A stretch of DNA of 64,000 nt from Octopus vulgaris (lineage: Eukaryota). Position numbers and translations under genes: made by a program. The notes under the pieces were generated by a model. The model did not search any database, was not told the DNA's origin, and was given only the letters and a program-made list of their open reading frames with translations. The DNA is taken from contig OX597833.1 of assembly GCA_951406725.2 (NCBI GenBank), positions 44,826,001-44,890,000 of the forward strand, given 5' to 3'. Positions 1 to 12,953 of the stretch are shown one piece after another (the stretch's first letter is position 1; each line of letters begins with the position of its first letter).

Positions 1-3000
1 TAGAAAAAAAAAGTTACATCAAAATACCTGCGACTTCAAGTGGGGTAGTAAGATATCTATTCACCTTCAAATAACATAAACTTTTTAATTTTAAATTTAA
101 AGTATACCTTTCTTAGGTTTAAATGATAGAAAATGCATGAGGAATTCAGAATAACTAGTCACATTGAACAAAATTTAGAAGAAGAAGAATTATGAGGTAA
201 AATGATACGAAATTTCATGTCAGTAAGGAAGTAAGAGAGTAATGCTTCAGCTATAAAAATAAAGAATATATTTCTAAAATGAATGTTTACTTTCTAAGGC
301 AGTGAGCTGGTAGAAACGATAGCGTGCCAGGTGAAATGCTTAACGGTATTTCGTCTGTCTTTACGTTTTTGAGTTCAAATTTCGCTGAGGTCGACTTTGA
401 TGTACAGATTATTTAATTAATCTTTTTTAACTAAACACTTTCAGACTTCCAATACTGGTAGAATGTGTCACATGGAACAGGGTTTACTCTTAATGTTTTT
501 GACAAAATTTTGTATTATAGAAGTTATTCCGTCAGAAGTTACAGAATGAAAATGGACAAATTCATGTCTGATAAGTGCCAATACATGAAACTCTCAGCTT
601 TTAACTTACTCTCTAACTTCTGCCGATGATATATATATATACATATTACATATATGTGTAAAACAATCTCATCACACAATTGAACCAATGAAAGAGCCTC
701 TACCTGGCCGCTCGACACGCTAAAAATAGCAGCCAAAGTATCCCCCTACCTAAATCACACGCCCATTGTATGTAATGTCTTAGATTATCCTTAAAAAGAC
801 AGTTTGCTGAAGGGTGGAATATCTTTGATGATATGTTTGCAGTATCAGTGTTTATTTGAGGCTAAATAACAACATTATAGTCAATTTCTATATTGACACC
901 CACACAATTTTCACTAAAAAAAAAAAATGATTTTTTGCCGGTGCTAGTGCCACGTAAAAAGCACTGGGTCCACTCTGCAGAGTGGTTGGTGTTAAGCAGG
1001 ACATCCAGCCGTAAAAACCCTACCAAAACAGATACAATAGCATAGGGTAGTTTTTCTACCTGGTCATATCCTGTGAGCTGTCCTACTCATGCTTGCGTGG
1101 AAGATGGATGTTAAATGATTATGATGATGATACATACATACATAAACACACAACAGGCTTCGTCTGGTTGCCATCTGCTAAATCCACCGAGGCTAGCAAA
1201 CGGCCAGGATCGTAAAAAGCACCATCCGATCGTGGTCGTTTGCCAGCCTCGTCTGGCACCTGTGCAGGTGACACATAAAAAGCACCCACTACACTCTCGG
1301 AGTGGTTGGCGTTAGGAAAGGAATCCAGCTGTAGAAACACTGCCAGATCAGACTGGGCCTGGCGCAGCCTTCTGGCTTCCCAGACCCCAGTTGAACCATC
1401 CAACCCATGCTAGCATGGAAAATGGACGTCAAACGATGATGATAAAAGCTTTGGTTGGGTTGGGACTTAGTGCAAGGCACTTGTCAAAGGTGCCTCTGGA
1501 CCCAAAACCATGTTATTGAGAAGCAAACTTCATAACCACACAGCTACAGCTGTGCTTTTATATACACATGTATGTATGCGCATATGTATACATGTATATT
1601 TATGAAACTATAACTAAGTGAAGCATTATTCAATTACTTATTTATATATACTTTACTAACATTTACAGCAAATGCACAACAATAAAGCAACAGTGAATTT
1701 AGAAATAAAGCCTATGACTATTTCTATTTATAAATTATGACTTATGAACAGAGGGCAGTAGTGAAACATAAGGTTCTGCATTCATAATCCTGACAAGCCA
1801 CACGTCATTTTACTTGTGTCTACTATTTCCAAGCTTCTTATGAGTTGCACAAAGAATTTGTTTTGCCCCTTTAATTAACATGGTATTTTTAAAAAATTCC
1901 CAAACATGCCTGTGTGGTTAAGAAGCATGCTTTGCAATCACATGGTTTGAAGTTCAGTTCCATAATGTGACATTTTGGACAAGTGTCTTTTACTATAGCT
2001 CTGTGTGTGTGTGTGTGTGTGTGAAGCAATCACATACTGACAAATATAAATATGCAATGAAAGATTAGTGTTACTAGTAAAAGAAAATATTATGTAGCCC
2101 TTTTAGCATTCAAATAACTCTGTCATAATGCTTATTCACTCACACTGTTTTGAATTAATCATGCATTATTTTGTAACTTTGAAATGTTGATGTGATTGTT
2201 TATTTTTAGAACAACATTGTAGGGCATCAGTAAAAGGCCAGATCTGGTTGGTTGGAATATAAAACAGGTAAAATATTTAGGACAGATATCATCATCATCG
2301 TTTAACGTCCACTTTCCATGCTAGCATGGGTTGGACGATTTGACTGAGGTCTGGCGAACCAGACGGCTGCACCAGACTCCAATCTGATCTGGCAGTTTCT
2401 ACAGCTGGATGCCCTTCCTAACGCCAACTACTCTGAAAGTGTAGTGGATACTTTTACATGCCACCAGTATGAGGGCCAGTCAGGCGGTACTGGCAACAGC
2501 CATGCTCAAATGGTGCTTTTTACGTGCCACCTGCACAGGAGCCAGTCCAGCGGCACTGGCAACAACCTTGCTTGAATGTTTTTTCACGTGCCACCAGCAC
2601 AAGTGCCAGTAAGGCGACGCAGGTAACGATCACGCTCGAATGGTGCTTTTTACATGCCATCAGCACGGAGGCCAGCTTGTTGCTCTGGCAATGATCACGC
2701 TCATATGGTACTCTTAACGCTCCACTTGCAAGGATGCCAGTCATCGAATTTGATTTCGATTTCACTTGCCTCAACAGGTCTTTGCAAGCAGAGTTTAGTG
2801 TCCAATGAAGGAAAGGTACACATAAGTGGGCTGGTTACACCCCTGGCATAGGCCACAAGGTTATGGTCCCACTTGAGCTTGCCGAGTCTTCTCAAGCACA
2901 GCATATTTCCAAAGGTCCCGGTCACTAGTCATTGCCACGGTGATATAACTAGTTTTAAATGCTAAGGGGTTAAACAAATACATCATATCTATATATTCAA

Positions 3001-3990
3001 TTACAAATTAAAAGCAAGACTTCTGTTGTGAACATTAATAACCACACATACTCATTGTATGCATTTTGTTTGTTTGCTGGCTTGCTGCAGTATAGTACTT
3101 TGAGGACAACACCCTCATAGCACTGGGCATTAAAACACCTGAAAGCTATAGACAGGTGAGGCAACTTGCCTCCAATCCCATTCAGGAATGATGGATACCA
3201 ATATTTTGCCATCATTCTGGCTTACCAACATCACATGCCTGAATTAAACCTGAGATGAACTGAATCGCTAATCTATGATTATATGCAAATAGTGTGAAAA
3301 CCATTTGCTGGTTTACATGGTGATGCATTCATAATATTAAGTTCAATTACAAATTTAAAGCAGCACCAGTGTTGTAAACACTATTGACCACACATACTGC
3401 TTTTAATTTATAATTGAACTTAATCTTACGTATGTATCATCTTGGCATACAAGCAGATGGCTTTCACATTATTTCTATATGGTCATAGACTGGCAGTTCA
3501 GGTCAACTGCCTGTTCAGTTAAGGTATGCAAGGTGGATAAGTCACAAAAACGGCAAATTAGTATCCATCAGTCCTGAATAGGATTGGGGGCAAGTTGTCT
3601 TGCCTATCTATGACTATCAAGTGTTTCAACACCCAGTGCTATGAGAAAGTTGTCCCCAAAGTGGTATACCACAGCAAACCAGTGAACAAGCAAAACATAC
3701 AATAAGTACGTGTGGTTGGTCGAGTTTTACAGAGGTGATGACAAGCAATTGAGACCTTTGGCAATTTGCTGTGCTTGAGAAGACACGTCAAGCCACGTGA
3801 AATTGTAGCCATGGCCAGTGCTGCAAACACATGAAAGGCACCTACTACACTCCATGAGTGGTTGGTATTAGGAAGGGTATCCAGCCATAGAAACGAAGCC
3901 AAACCAGACTAAAGCCTGGCACAGCTCTCCAGCCCACCAGTTCCAGTCAAACCTATGCAAGTATGGAAAACAGACACTAAATCATGACGA

Positions 3991-4020
<30 letters not shown>

Positions 4021-4025
<5 letters not shown>

Positions 4026-6120
4026 TGTCTGCGTATTCAGACAAATTCAGGGATACGCAGACAAACGCAACACCAAGAAATTCTACGAGGTGCTGAAAGC
4101 TGTCTATGGACCGCAGTCCTCCTTTGGATCAACCCCCCTGCTCAGCTCGGATGGAACCTCACTCCTGACTAACAAGAGGCTGATCCTGGAGAGTTGGGCG
4201 GAGCATTTCAACATCGTGCTCAACCGACCAGCCCAGATCAACGAGGAAGCCATTGCACGACTCCCCCAGGTGCCGACAAACCACGAGCTGGCTGTTCCCC
4301 CTGCAGTCGAGGAAGTGAGCAGAGTCATCAAAAAAATGTCCACCGGCAAAGCTCCAGGCTCTGACGCCATCCCTGCAGAGGTGTTCAAGTCGGGCGGCCC
4401 CACCATGATCAGTCAGCTCACCAGCCTGTTCCAGTCGATGTGGGACAGGGAACAACTCCCTCAAGATTTCCGGGATGCAACAATCGTCCACATTTATAAG
4501 CGGAAAGGAGATCGGCAGTCCTGCGACAACCACCGAGGAATCTCCCTCTTGTCCATAACAGGCAAGATCCTGGCCCAAGTCCTGCTTAACCGGCTTCTGG
4601 AACACTTGGAGCAAGGCCTTCTCCCTGAGAGCCAGTGTGGCTTCCGCACGGGTCGAGGGACCACTGACATGATATTCGCCGCCCGCCAGCTCCAGGAGAA
4701 ATGCATGGAGCAGCACCTTGACCTCTGCATGACCTTTGTTGACCTCACCAGGGCTTTCGATACAGTCAGTCGGGAGGGACTCTGGAAGGTCATGGGAAAA
4801 TTTGGTTGCCCCAGCAAATTTACTGCAATTGTCCGCCAGTTCCACAACGGAATGACAGCAACTCATCTGAAGTCTTCCAGATGACCAACGGAGTCAGGCA
4901 GGGCTGTGTCCTGGCCCCAACACTGTTCAGCATCATGTTCTCGGCAATGCTGTCCGACGCCTTCAGGGACTGCAAGTCCGGTATCGACATCAAGTACAGG
5001 ACAGAAGGGAAATTTTTCAACTCCAGAAGATTGCAGGCTGTCACAAAGGTGAGGGAGACAGTCATCAGAGACTTTCTCTTTGCTGACGACTGCGCACTTA
5101 ACACAATCGATGAGCAGGAGATGCAGCTCGGGATGGACAGGTTCTCATCAGCCTGTGACAACTTCAGTCTCACCATCAATGTCAAGAAAACCGAAGTGAT
5201 GTTTCAGCCAGCCCCCGGCAAACAATACCATGAGCCTCAGATAAAGGTGAACGGACGGATCCTACGAGCGGTGGAAAACTTCACCTACCTGGGCAGCACT
5301 CTCTCCTGCAATGCCAACATAGATGCTGAAATCATCAACAGAATCTCCAAGGCAAGCAGTGCGTTTGGGAGACTGCGAAAGAAAGTCTGGGAGCAGAGAG
5401 GAATCAGCCTCAACACCAAGCTGAAAGTCTACTGGGCAGTCGTGCTTACCACCCTACTAGTGTGAAAACCATTTGAGAGACATGGACTACTTGAGAGACA
5501 TGGACTGCGAGACATGGACTACTTATCGAAGGCACGAGCGCCAGATAAACCACTTCCACCTCAGGTGTCTTTGGAACCTCCTTCACATCCGCTGGCAGGA
5601 CAAAGTCCCAGACATGGAAGTTCTGAAGCAGGTAGATCTCCCTAGCACCATCACGATCATGCGCAAGGCCCAGCTGAGATGGGCAGGCCACGACTCCCGC
5701 ATGTCCGACACTTGCATCCCAAACAGCTCTTCTACGGTGAACTCAGCCAGGGCAAACGCAAAGTCGGAGGGCAGAAGAAGCGCTTCAAGGACAGTCTCAA
5801 AGTCTCTCTCAAGGACTTCTCCATCAGCACAGAGACTTGGGAGAAACTTGCTGCCGACCGCTCATCCTGGCGCAGCGCAATCACCACAGGAGCAAAGACA
5901 GCCGAGGAGAGACGGAGTCAGTCAGCAGAACAGAAACGCCAGATGCGGAAAGCCAGAGCCACCTGCACCAATAGCACAGACCCTACCCACTTCTGCCCCA
6001 CCTGTGGGAGGGGCTTTCTTGCCCGGATAGGCCTCACCAGCCACCTCCGGTCTCATAGCAGCAATTCCACCAAATGATGTCAATGGTCATCTTCGAACCC
6101 GAAGGACGAACATTATTATT
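4021..6120 (+). mobile_element. RTE-clade (BovB-like) LINE, 5'-truncated and frameshifted
   Basis: ORFs with GKAPGSD, NHRGISLLS, QCGFR, FVDLTRAFD, GVRQGC, LFADD, F.YLGS, QLRWAGH and a C-terminal CPTC...H...H zinc finger; short (ATT)n tail. Confidence 0.93.
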
Positions 6121-7187
6121 CCATTATGCAGGTGGTACGTAAAAAGCACCCATTACACTCTCGGAGTGGTTGGCGTTAGGAAGGGCATCCAGCTGTAGAA
6201 ACTCTGCCAGATAAGACCGGAGCCTGGTGCAGCCTACTGGCTTCCCAGATCCCCGGTCGAACCATCCAACCCATGCTAGCACGGAGAACAGACGTTAAAC
6301 GATGATGATGATGATATATATCATCATCATCATTGTTTAACGTCCGTTTTCCGTGCTAGCACGGGTTGGACGGTTCGACCGGGGTCTGGGAAGCCAGGAG
6401 GCTGCACTAGGCTCCAGTCTGATCTGGCAGTGTTTCTACAGCTGGATGCCCTTCCTAACGCCAACCACTCCGTGACTGTAGTGGTGCTTTTTACGTGCCA
6501 GCGACCACAATCGGTTGGTGCTTTTTACGTGCCACCGGCACAGAAGCCAGTCAAGGCAGCGCTGGCATCAGTCACATTCGGATATATATATATGTACATA
6601 TATATATATATAATAAATGTGTGTGTGCACAGACGTGACAGTGGTAAGTAGTTTGCTTACCAACCACATGGTTCCGGTTTCAGCCCCATTGAGTGGCACC
6701 TTGTGCAACTGTCTTCTACTATAGCCTCGGGTCGACCAAAGCCTTGTGAGTGGATAAGGGAGACAGAAACTGAAAGAATCCCGTCGTTACCGTGTGTGTA
6801 TCGTTGGTGATTTTTTTTCCTCCGTCTTCCCTTCCTTGGATCTTTCCTTTTTCTACGTTTTTGACGAAGAGCTCCGCTCGAAACATTAACTCCTCCTTCT
6901 TTCTTTCCTTTCCTTGCTCCACGTTCTCACATTATGTTTTTGTGTTTTCATATTTGGATTAACTTTATATATATATACAATTAGCTTTAAACATAGCATG
7001 GTTTTATTGATAATAGTTAATTACAAGTACTTTTATTAGTTCCTATTTAATAAAATTTTATGTTTCTATTAGTTACTGGTAATTTAATATTATAGCTTGT
7101 AGTGGTGATATATTAATGAGTATGTAGTGTTTTATTATTAACTTCTGAATGATGAAATAATGTATTTCACTCATAATTATTATATTA

Positions 7188-7549
7188 CTAGCACTATGAC
7201 CCGGCGTTGCCGTATCATAGTGCTAGTGCATGCATATACAGCTGTGTGCGTGCGCACATACACGCGAGTACTGTCCAAATCTCCGACCAATCACATACAG
7301 CTAGCTGGCATTCAATTGGCGTATCAAGTTTCAGGCATTTTGATTGGGCTTTGGATAGAAAATTCACAAAAAAGTCACTTCTATTGATTTTTTAATGGCT
7401 TCACAGGGTGACCAGGGAAATGTAAAGATGTGTACGACCACCCTTGGATGGTTTTGAATGACTAGAAAGTGCAAGCCCCCTAACTGAAAAATTGTGGATT
7501 TGTATAAAGGACACACGCACAGACATTTTGCCGTTTATATATATAGAGA
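7188..7549 (-). mobile_element. Non-autonomous Helitron
   Basis: Minus strand begins 5'-TC and ends in a GC-rich hairpin then CTAG-3'; inserted between A and T, no TSD. Confidence 0.7.
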
Positions 7550-8179
7550 TTAGTTAAATTCAATCATGTTTGTTTTGTTTTGAAGAGATTTATATAAAGC
7601 TTTAACTTTTTTTATTATAGTAGTAACTATGGAAGACTGGTTATTTATATGAACTTAAAGATTGGTTGCGATTTAGCATATAATTTAGTTATTGCAGGTT
7701 TACTTTTAATACCAATACGATGTACATCAGTTTGTGTTTCTTTGTAGATTATTAAAGCTAGTTTTTAATCCTGCCTTAATTTGATTGATTGAATGACTGT
7801 GGTTATTAAGCTTTCACTTTTATATTATACTATGGAAGACAGTAGGGAATATAATTTTTGTATGACTTAATGGATTTGTTGCTGTTTAGTTACGTATTTA
7901 GGAGTTGGTTGTAATTTACTTATTAAATTTATTTACCAATACGGTTGTACATAGGGTAAATGTGTTTGAAAGTTGTAGTTTCTTTGGTATGTTTGTTCCC
8001 AAACAACACTTATTTTAGTCCTGTTGACACCGCCGGACTGAATGGTACTGCACTGGAGTTGAAACCATATCCGTTTATCCGTGGGTCAGCTGATGATGGA
8101 GGTATGTTGGACAGTTGGTATGGCTGTTTTTGTATATGTGGAATAGTATTATAATACATCCTTTATATATATATATATA

Positions 8180-8558
8180 AAATATGAGAGAGTAACCACT
8201 ATGTGGTCGACTCTAGTGCTAAAAATTGATCCGCGATGGTATAGCCACTAAAAATTGTTTCCAAGGAGAAATACCACAACATTTAATGTAGGGCAAGTGA
8301 AAAATAACGAAAAAATCTATTTTTCGTTATTTTTCACTTGCCCTACGTTAAATGTTGTGGTATTTCTCCTTGGAAACAATTTTTAGTGGCTATACCATAG
8401 CAGATCTATTTTTAGCACTAGAGTCGACCACATAGTGGTTACTCTCTCATATTTATGTATAAATTTGTATTGTATCCCTGGTTTTTATGTGCTAAGCCAC
8501 TTGGTGTTAAATTGATGGTATTATTAAATTAATATCAAATTTTTTTCACCCTCATTTG

Positions 8559-8563
<5 letters not shown>
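8180..8563. repeat. Near-perfect ~135-bp-arm hairpin plus unpaired ~105-nt tail between (TA)n tracts
   Basis: 8180-8314 is the reverse complement of 8320-8454 with few mismatches. Confidence 0.9.
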
Positions 8564-8609
<46 letters not shown>

Positions 8610-10432
8610 GTATGTTGATGCAAACAGGAAAACTAGAAATCAAAAGTATGAGTATATGTATATTTTTAATATTTAGCAGAGTAATAAAGTGGCTCAAGGT
8701 CCAAGAGTTTCATGCAATGACACTTATCAACGAGTGTTTAGTGGTTGGAGAATTTCAAAGAGCAGTAAAAAAAGCTGACAGTGAACTGGCAAAGTTGCTG
8801 GAGTGTTTGCAACATTTGCTATGCTTCTCCGTTTTCTGAGTTCAAATCCCCTCAAGAGAAACTGTCTTCCATCCTATACGGTTTGGTAAATAAAATACCA
8901 GTTCCAGACTGGGGGTGTTAATTCTTCTTTATCTCTGGAAGAAAGCAGCAGTGGTCATACTTGCACAGGGATGAGCTCATCCAATTTTAAATCCCATTAG
9001 GAGTTGAAGACCCCAAAACAAAGCAAGTAGCTATATATTTAGAAGAATAAGAGAGGGAAACCGAGCCGGAAGTCTTTGTTGCTGATACCCAAATGAGAGA
9101 AGAGAATAATAGGAGAGTGATTACATACTTAAAGCAAGTGCATCAAAAGCTAATAAACTCGCTTCACAACTGAGTTCAATCCTAGTGCACAGCACTTTCA
9201 CCAAATGTCTTCTACTGTCGTCTAAGGTTGATTAATGTATCCAACAGAAATTAATTGGTATAAACTGCACAGAAGTCTGTTTTATATATACGTAATGACA
9301 CTCAATAGGTTTTGCAGTTCAATACTAAAAGCAAAAACCATTATGCGGTGAGCTAAAGCAATATTCATTCACAAATATTATTTTCAGCAGTTGCGAGAGA
9401 CGATTTCTGACAGGTTCTGGTCTTATTAGACTTCCTCGAAATGCAGATTTCCTCGCAGTTGTAAAAATAGATATAACTGGCTTAATCTTTTTTTAAACTG
9501 TGCTTGGAATAAACAGGTTAAATGGATTTACGATGAGCTATTAAGACTGAATTAACTTGTTTAAAGATTTACACTTATCGTTTACAGAACATAAGACAAT
9601 ATTTCTAGAAGCGTCTGACGCATAACCTTAACCCAAACTAAACTAATTATAATGTATTCATATTACATCCACACGATGTTCAAAAAAGGCATCTATGAGC
9701 CGCTATCATTTCATACACCTTTCTTCTATTGTAAACTAAGATGCTCGCATATAATTATTCAACTGAATCAATTACCGCTTTCATATCAATGCAATTATGG
9801 TATCAACAATCATATACTTAATTTTTTTTAAAGACTCCAAGAAAAATCGCCTTAGATATTAAAAACGTGCAATACAGACTGTCAAATTTATCAAATCCAC
9901 ACGAGGGTCTGCTGCGGATCTAGATATTAACCATAACCCATTCCTAATGACAAAGAGTTAAACTGAGACAAATTGACAATGAATTCAACGAAATACTGTG
10001 TTGCAGGTACATTTAATTTTTAAAGAAAGACATCTATAATGACTATCAAAGGGATTATTTTATAGTTAAAATATAATTTGGTCAAGCCTTTTTTTTTTTT
10101 TCCCCACATTTATAATCCCCGTTAGAACCACGCTGAACTAACGAGAGGCTCCTTTACGTCGTCGATTGACTTGCAAAAAATCGCAGCCTATCGACTTAAA
10201 AGAGTAATAACAAATTGGACAATGTAGTCCTAGATATACAAGTTGCGACGGTCGTGGTTGGAATGCTAGTCACTGATGTGAGTCCAGCTAAACAATAACA
10301 ACATCTGAAACAAGCATTGTCGAAGTGATTGACATTTATCACTAAATGCTGCATTATAAGATCGATAATTTTTCTTTTTTTTTTTTGCAAATAAAAAGTA
10401 ACAAGTTAAATTTCTTCGTTAATTTAACTTAC

Positions 10433-10498
10433 CCCGCTTTGTCTCTGAAGCTCGGCCATTCGGCGAGCGCGAATCGCCTCTAATTCTGGATCAGCCAT
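10433..10498 (-). CDS. PDCD5: Programmed cell death protein 5, coding exon 1 (remaining exons not located in window)
   Basis: Minus strand reads ATG GCT GAT CCA GAA TTA GAG GCG ATT CGC...AGC GGG|gtaagt = MADPELEAIRARRMAELQRQSG. This matches the PDCD5 N-terminus (human MADEELEALRRQRLAELQAKHG) and ends at a perfect phase-0 donor. Confidence 0.92.
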
Positions 10499-10802
10499 AT
10501 CGACTTTACTTCAAAAACAGAGAAACGAGACTAAAAATTCCTAAAATTAATGGCAGGACTAAACTGCTAAGCACGTGACACCTTTATCTGGGAATGTGCA
10601 TTAACTTACGTTCGATATGTAGTCACAAGTAATATTATAATTTTTTTTACATTTCACATCTAAACAACATAATTTTATGAATTTTAAAAGCAGCTTCTCC
10701 AGATTAAAAGTATTTTTATTTGTCGAAGTCAAATACTAACCGAAAATAATTGTAATGTTTTCAAGTGTTACTCTTCAGATGTAGGTGTATTTACTGAAAA
10801 AC
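10499..10802. promoter_or_regulatory. Bidirectional promoter/5'UTR region shared by PDCD5 and CCNDBP1
   Basis: Divergent ATGs lie 304 bp apart, with E-box CACGTG at 10572-10577. Acceptor-like ttcag (10778) and gtag (10784) upstream of the CCNDBP1 ATG suggest a short non-coding first exon (candidate donor gtaata at 10629). Confidence 0.7.
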
Positions 10803-10881
10803 ATGGCATATTGTCGGCACAGTGAAAATGTTTTTAACGACGTTATCGACCATTTGGGATTGGCAGTGTCTCAATTACGAG
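10803..10881 (+). CDS. CCNDBP1: Cyclin-D1-binding protein 1 (GCIP) coding exon 1
   Basis: ATG...MAYCRHSENVFNDVIDHLGLAVSQLR-G|gtatat. Phase 1, joins the next exon in frame. Confidence 0.8.
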
Positions 10882-12953
10882 GTATATATACCTTTAACTA
10901 TCTATTTTCATTGTGTACTTATATACGTTGCTTATCTTCATTGCAACCCATACCATATGGACGACGTTTTAGCTTCTGAACGTTTCATATTTTTGTAGCG
11001 TATACATTATCATATATTTCCTAATTTCTTGGTCACATTAATTTAAAATGCTGCCAATTTTTTTTTAACATAATTTAGACGAGTTGAATGTTTTCATGTA
11101 CGAAGATGTATTTGGAAATACTTGTCACTTCATTTCTATTGATTTAATGTTAAGAACTCCCTATTCCTTCCCCTATTTTTTTTTTAACCAACTAAATATT
11201 TATTTAAATACGATCATGTGTGTACGTGAATTTTTTTAGTCTGACAGGCATCTATTCTAAGTTAGTGAAATGTTTTCATTAAATAAATGCTTTTTAATCG
11301 GTCGATTATGTTTAAGACGGTTTTCATTACAGATATAGCATTTTCTATGTTAATATTTTGATACGCTCTACATATTAAACAAATACTATCTTGACTATGA
11401 AACGAAATTAAAGACATCATCTATGCTAATATTATACTACGGTTCGATTGCTTTGGTAGCGCTTTTACAAATTTTAATACACGACTACATCCTTATTTTG
11501 AAATCAAAGAAAAAGGACAATTGTTGCTCGATTGAGCTGTGGATTCTAAAAAAAAAACCAAAAATCCTGCGATCTTAAGTTTTCACAATGTATTTGGAAT
11601 TTCCACAGATACAACTAGTTTAAATTATTTGTTACGATATCAAATTTTGTAAAGCCCAACACCTGGTTAACAATCCGAATGAACAGGTTATTCCTTTTGA
11701 CCAAAGAAAGAATTACTACATTATTATTATTATTATTATTATTGCTTCGTTAATTTGAGATTCAAGACAGAAAGTTGGGCAAGCATCAAGCTCTTTCTGT
11801 GACTTTTAACGTTTAAATGATTGGTTCTCAATTTGGGTGCGTATGACCCCTCAGGATCCATATAAAATTGAGCGGGGGGGGTCCTCGCAACAAAATAGTA
11901 AATTGGGGATTCACAATAGTATTTTATGAGCCCTTGAAAAAAAATTCCCTTTAGCTGTATATATTAGATAGCTGGCAGACACGTTAGCGCGCCGGGCGAA
12001 ATGCTTAGCGGTATTTCGTCTGCCCTTACGTTCCGAGGTCGACTTTGCTTTTCATCCTTTCGGGGTCGATAAATAAAGTACCAGTTTCGCACTGGGGTCG
12101 ATGTAATCGACTTAATCCCCTTGTGGGCAATAAAGAAATATATTTAGATATGCATTGCAGGAAACAGCTAGGTCTCTTTTCTAACATTTTACATAGTTCA
12201 ACCTATACAAGTTAACGTGTGAAAACAACAAAATAGGAATTTCGAAAAAAGTTTTTTATAAAACTAGTTTTTAAACATCGAATGGCTCTCGGAGACCACT
12301 AGAATAAAATACCAATCAAGGGGGTCTATAGACAAAAAATGGTTGAGAACCTCTGGTTTAGATTCCGGTTTAAAGTCTGGTCGATAAGTTTTCACTTTCT
12401 CTACATATACACTTGTTGCGTTAATATGAAAATTGCTTCACAAGTGGCCAGAAACCAGTGACTGTAATAGACATTCAATTTAGTGTTTATTTGAATCAAT
12501 GTCTAATTCTTTATAATTATTAATTGGGGCTCTTTTATAGAATCCCCGAGCAAATCTACTTTCAAGATGGATGCTGATTTAAGTAAACTATTTTGCCATG
12601 CAAAATGATAATTGAAGGAGTACTGATACTTTCATTATTGAATATAAATTATAAACAGTTGCTTATCTTTATAGATAAATTATGTCCCTTACATCTTCCT
12701 ATATCACAAGCTGCTTGCGATAGATAAATTGCTTAATGGATCTGGCAGGAACGTTAGCACGCCGGGCGAAATGCTTTGTGGTGTTTCGTCCGCAGCTGCG
12801 TTCTGAGTTCAAATTCTGCCGAGGTCGACTTTGCCTTTCATCCTTTCGGGGTCGATAAATTAAGTACCAGTTACGCACTGGGGTCGATGTAATCAACTTA
12901 ATCCCTTTGTTTGTCCCCTCTATGTTTAGCCCCTTGTGGGCAATAAAGAAACA

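Noticed and set aside
4104-5185. Minus-strand ORFs over the LINEs (also 13537-14922)
   Set aside because: Antisense shadows of RT coding sequence.
7560-8160. T/G-skewed region with CTGATGA at ~8090 as hammerhead or mitochondrial insertion
   Set aside because: No downstream GAAA or stems and no recognisable mitochondrial gene; only weak internal repetition (actatggaagac, taccaatacg).
1-10430. Downstream PDCD5 exons
   Set aside because: No segment encoding the expected NSILxQVLDQxARARL or later motifs was found by eye; likely left of the window, though a short exon 2 could have been missed.
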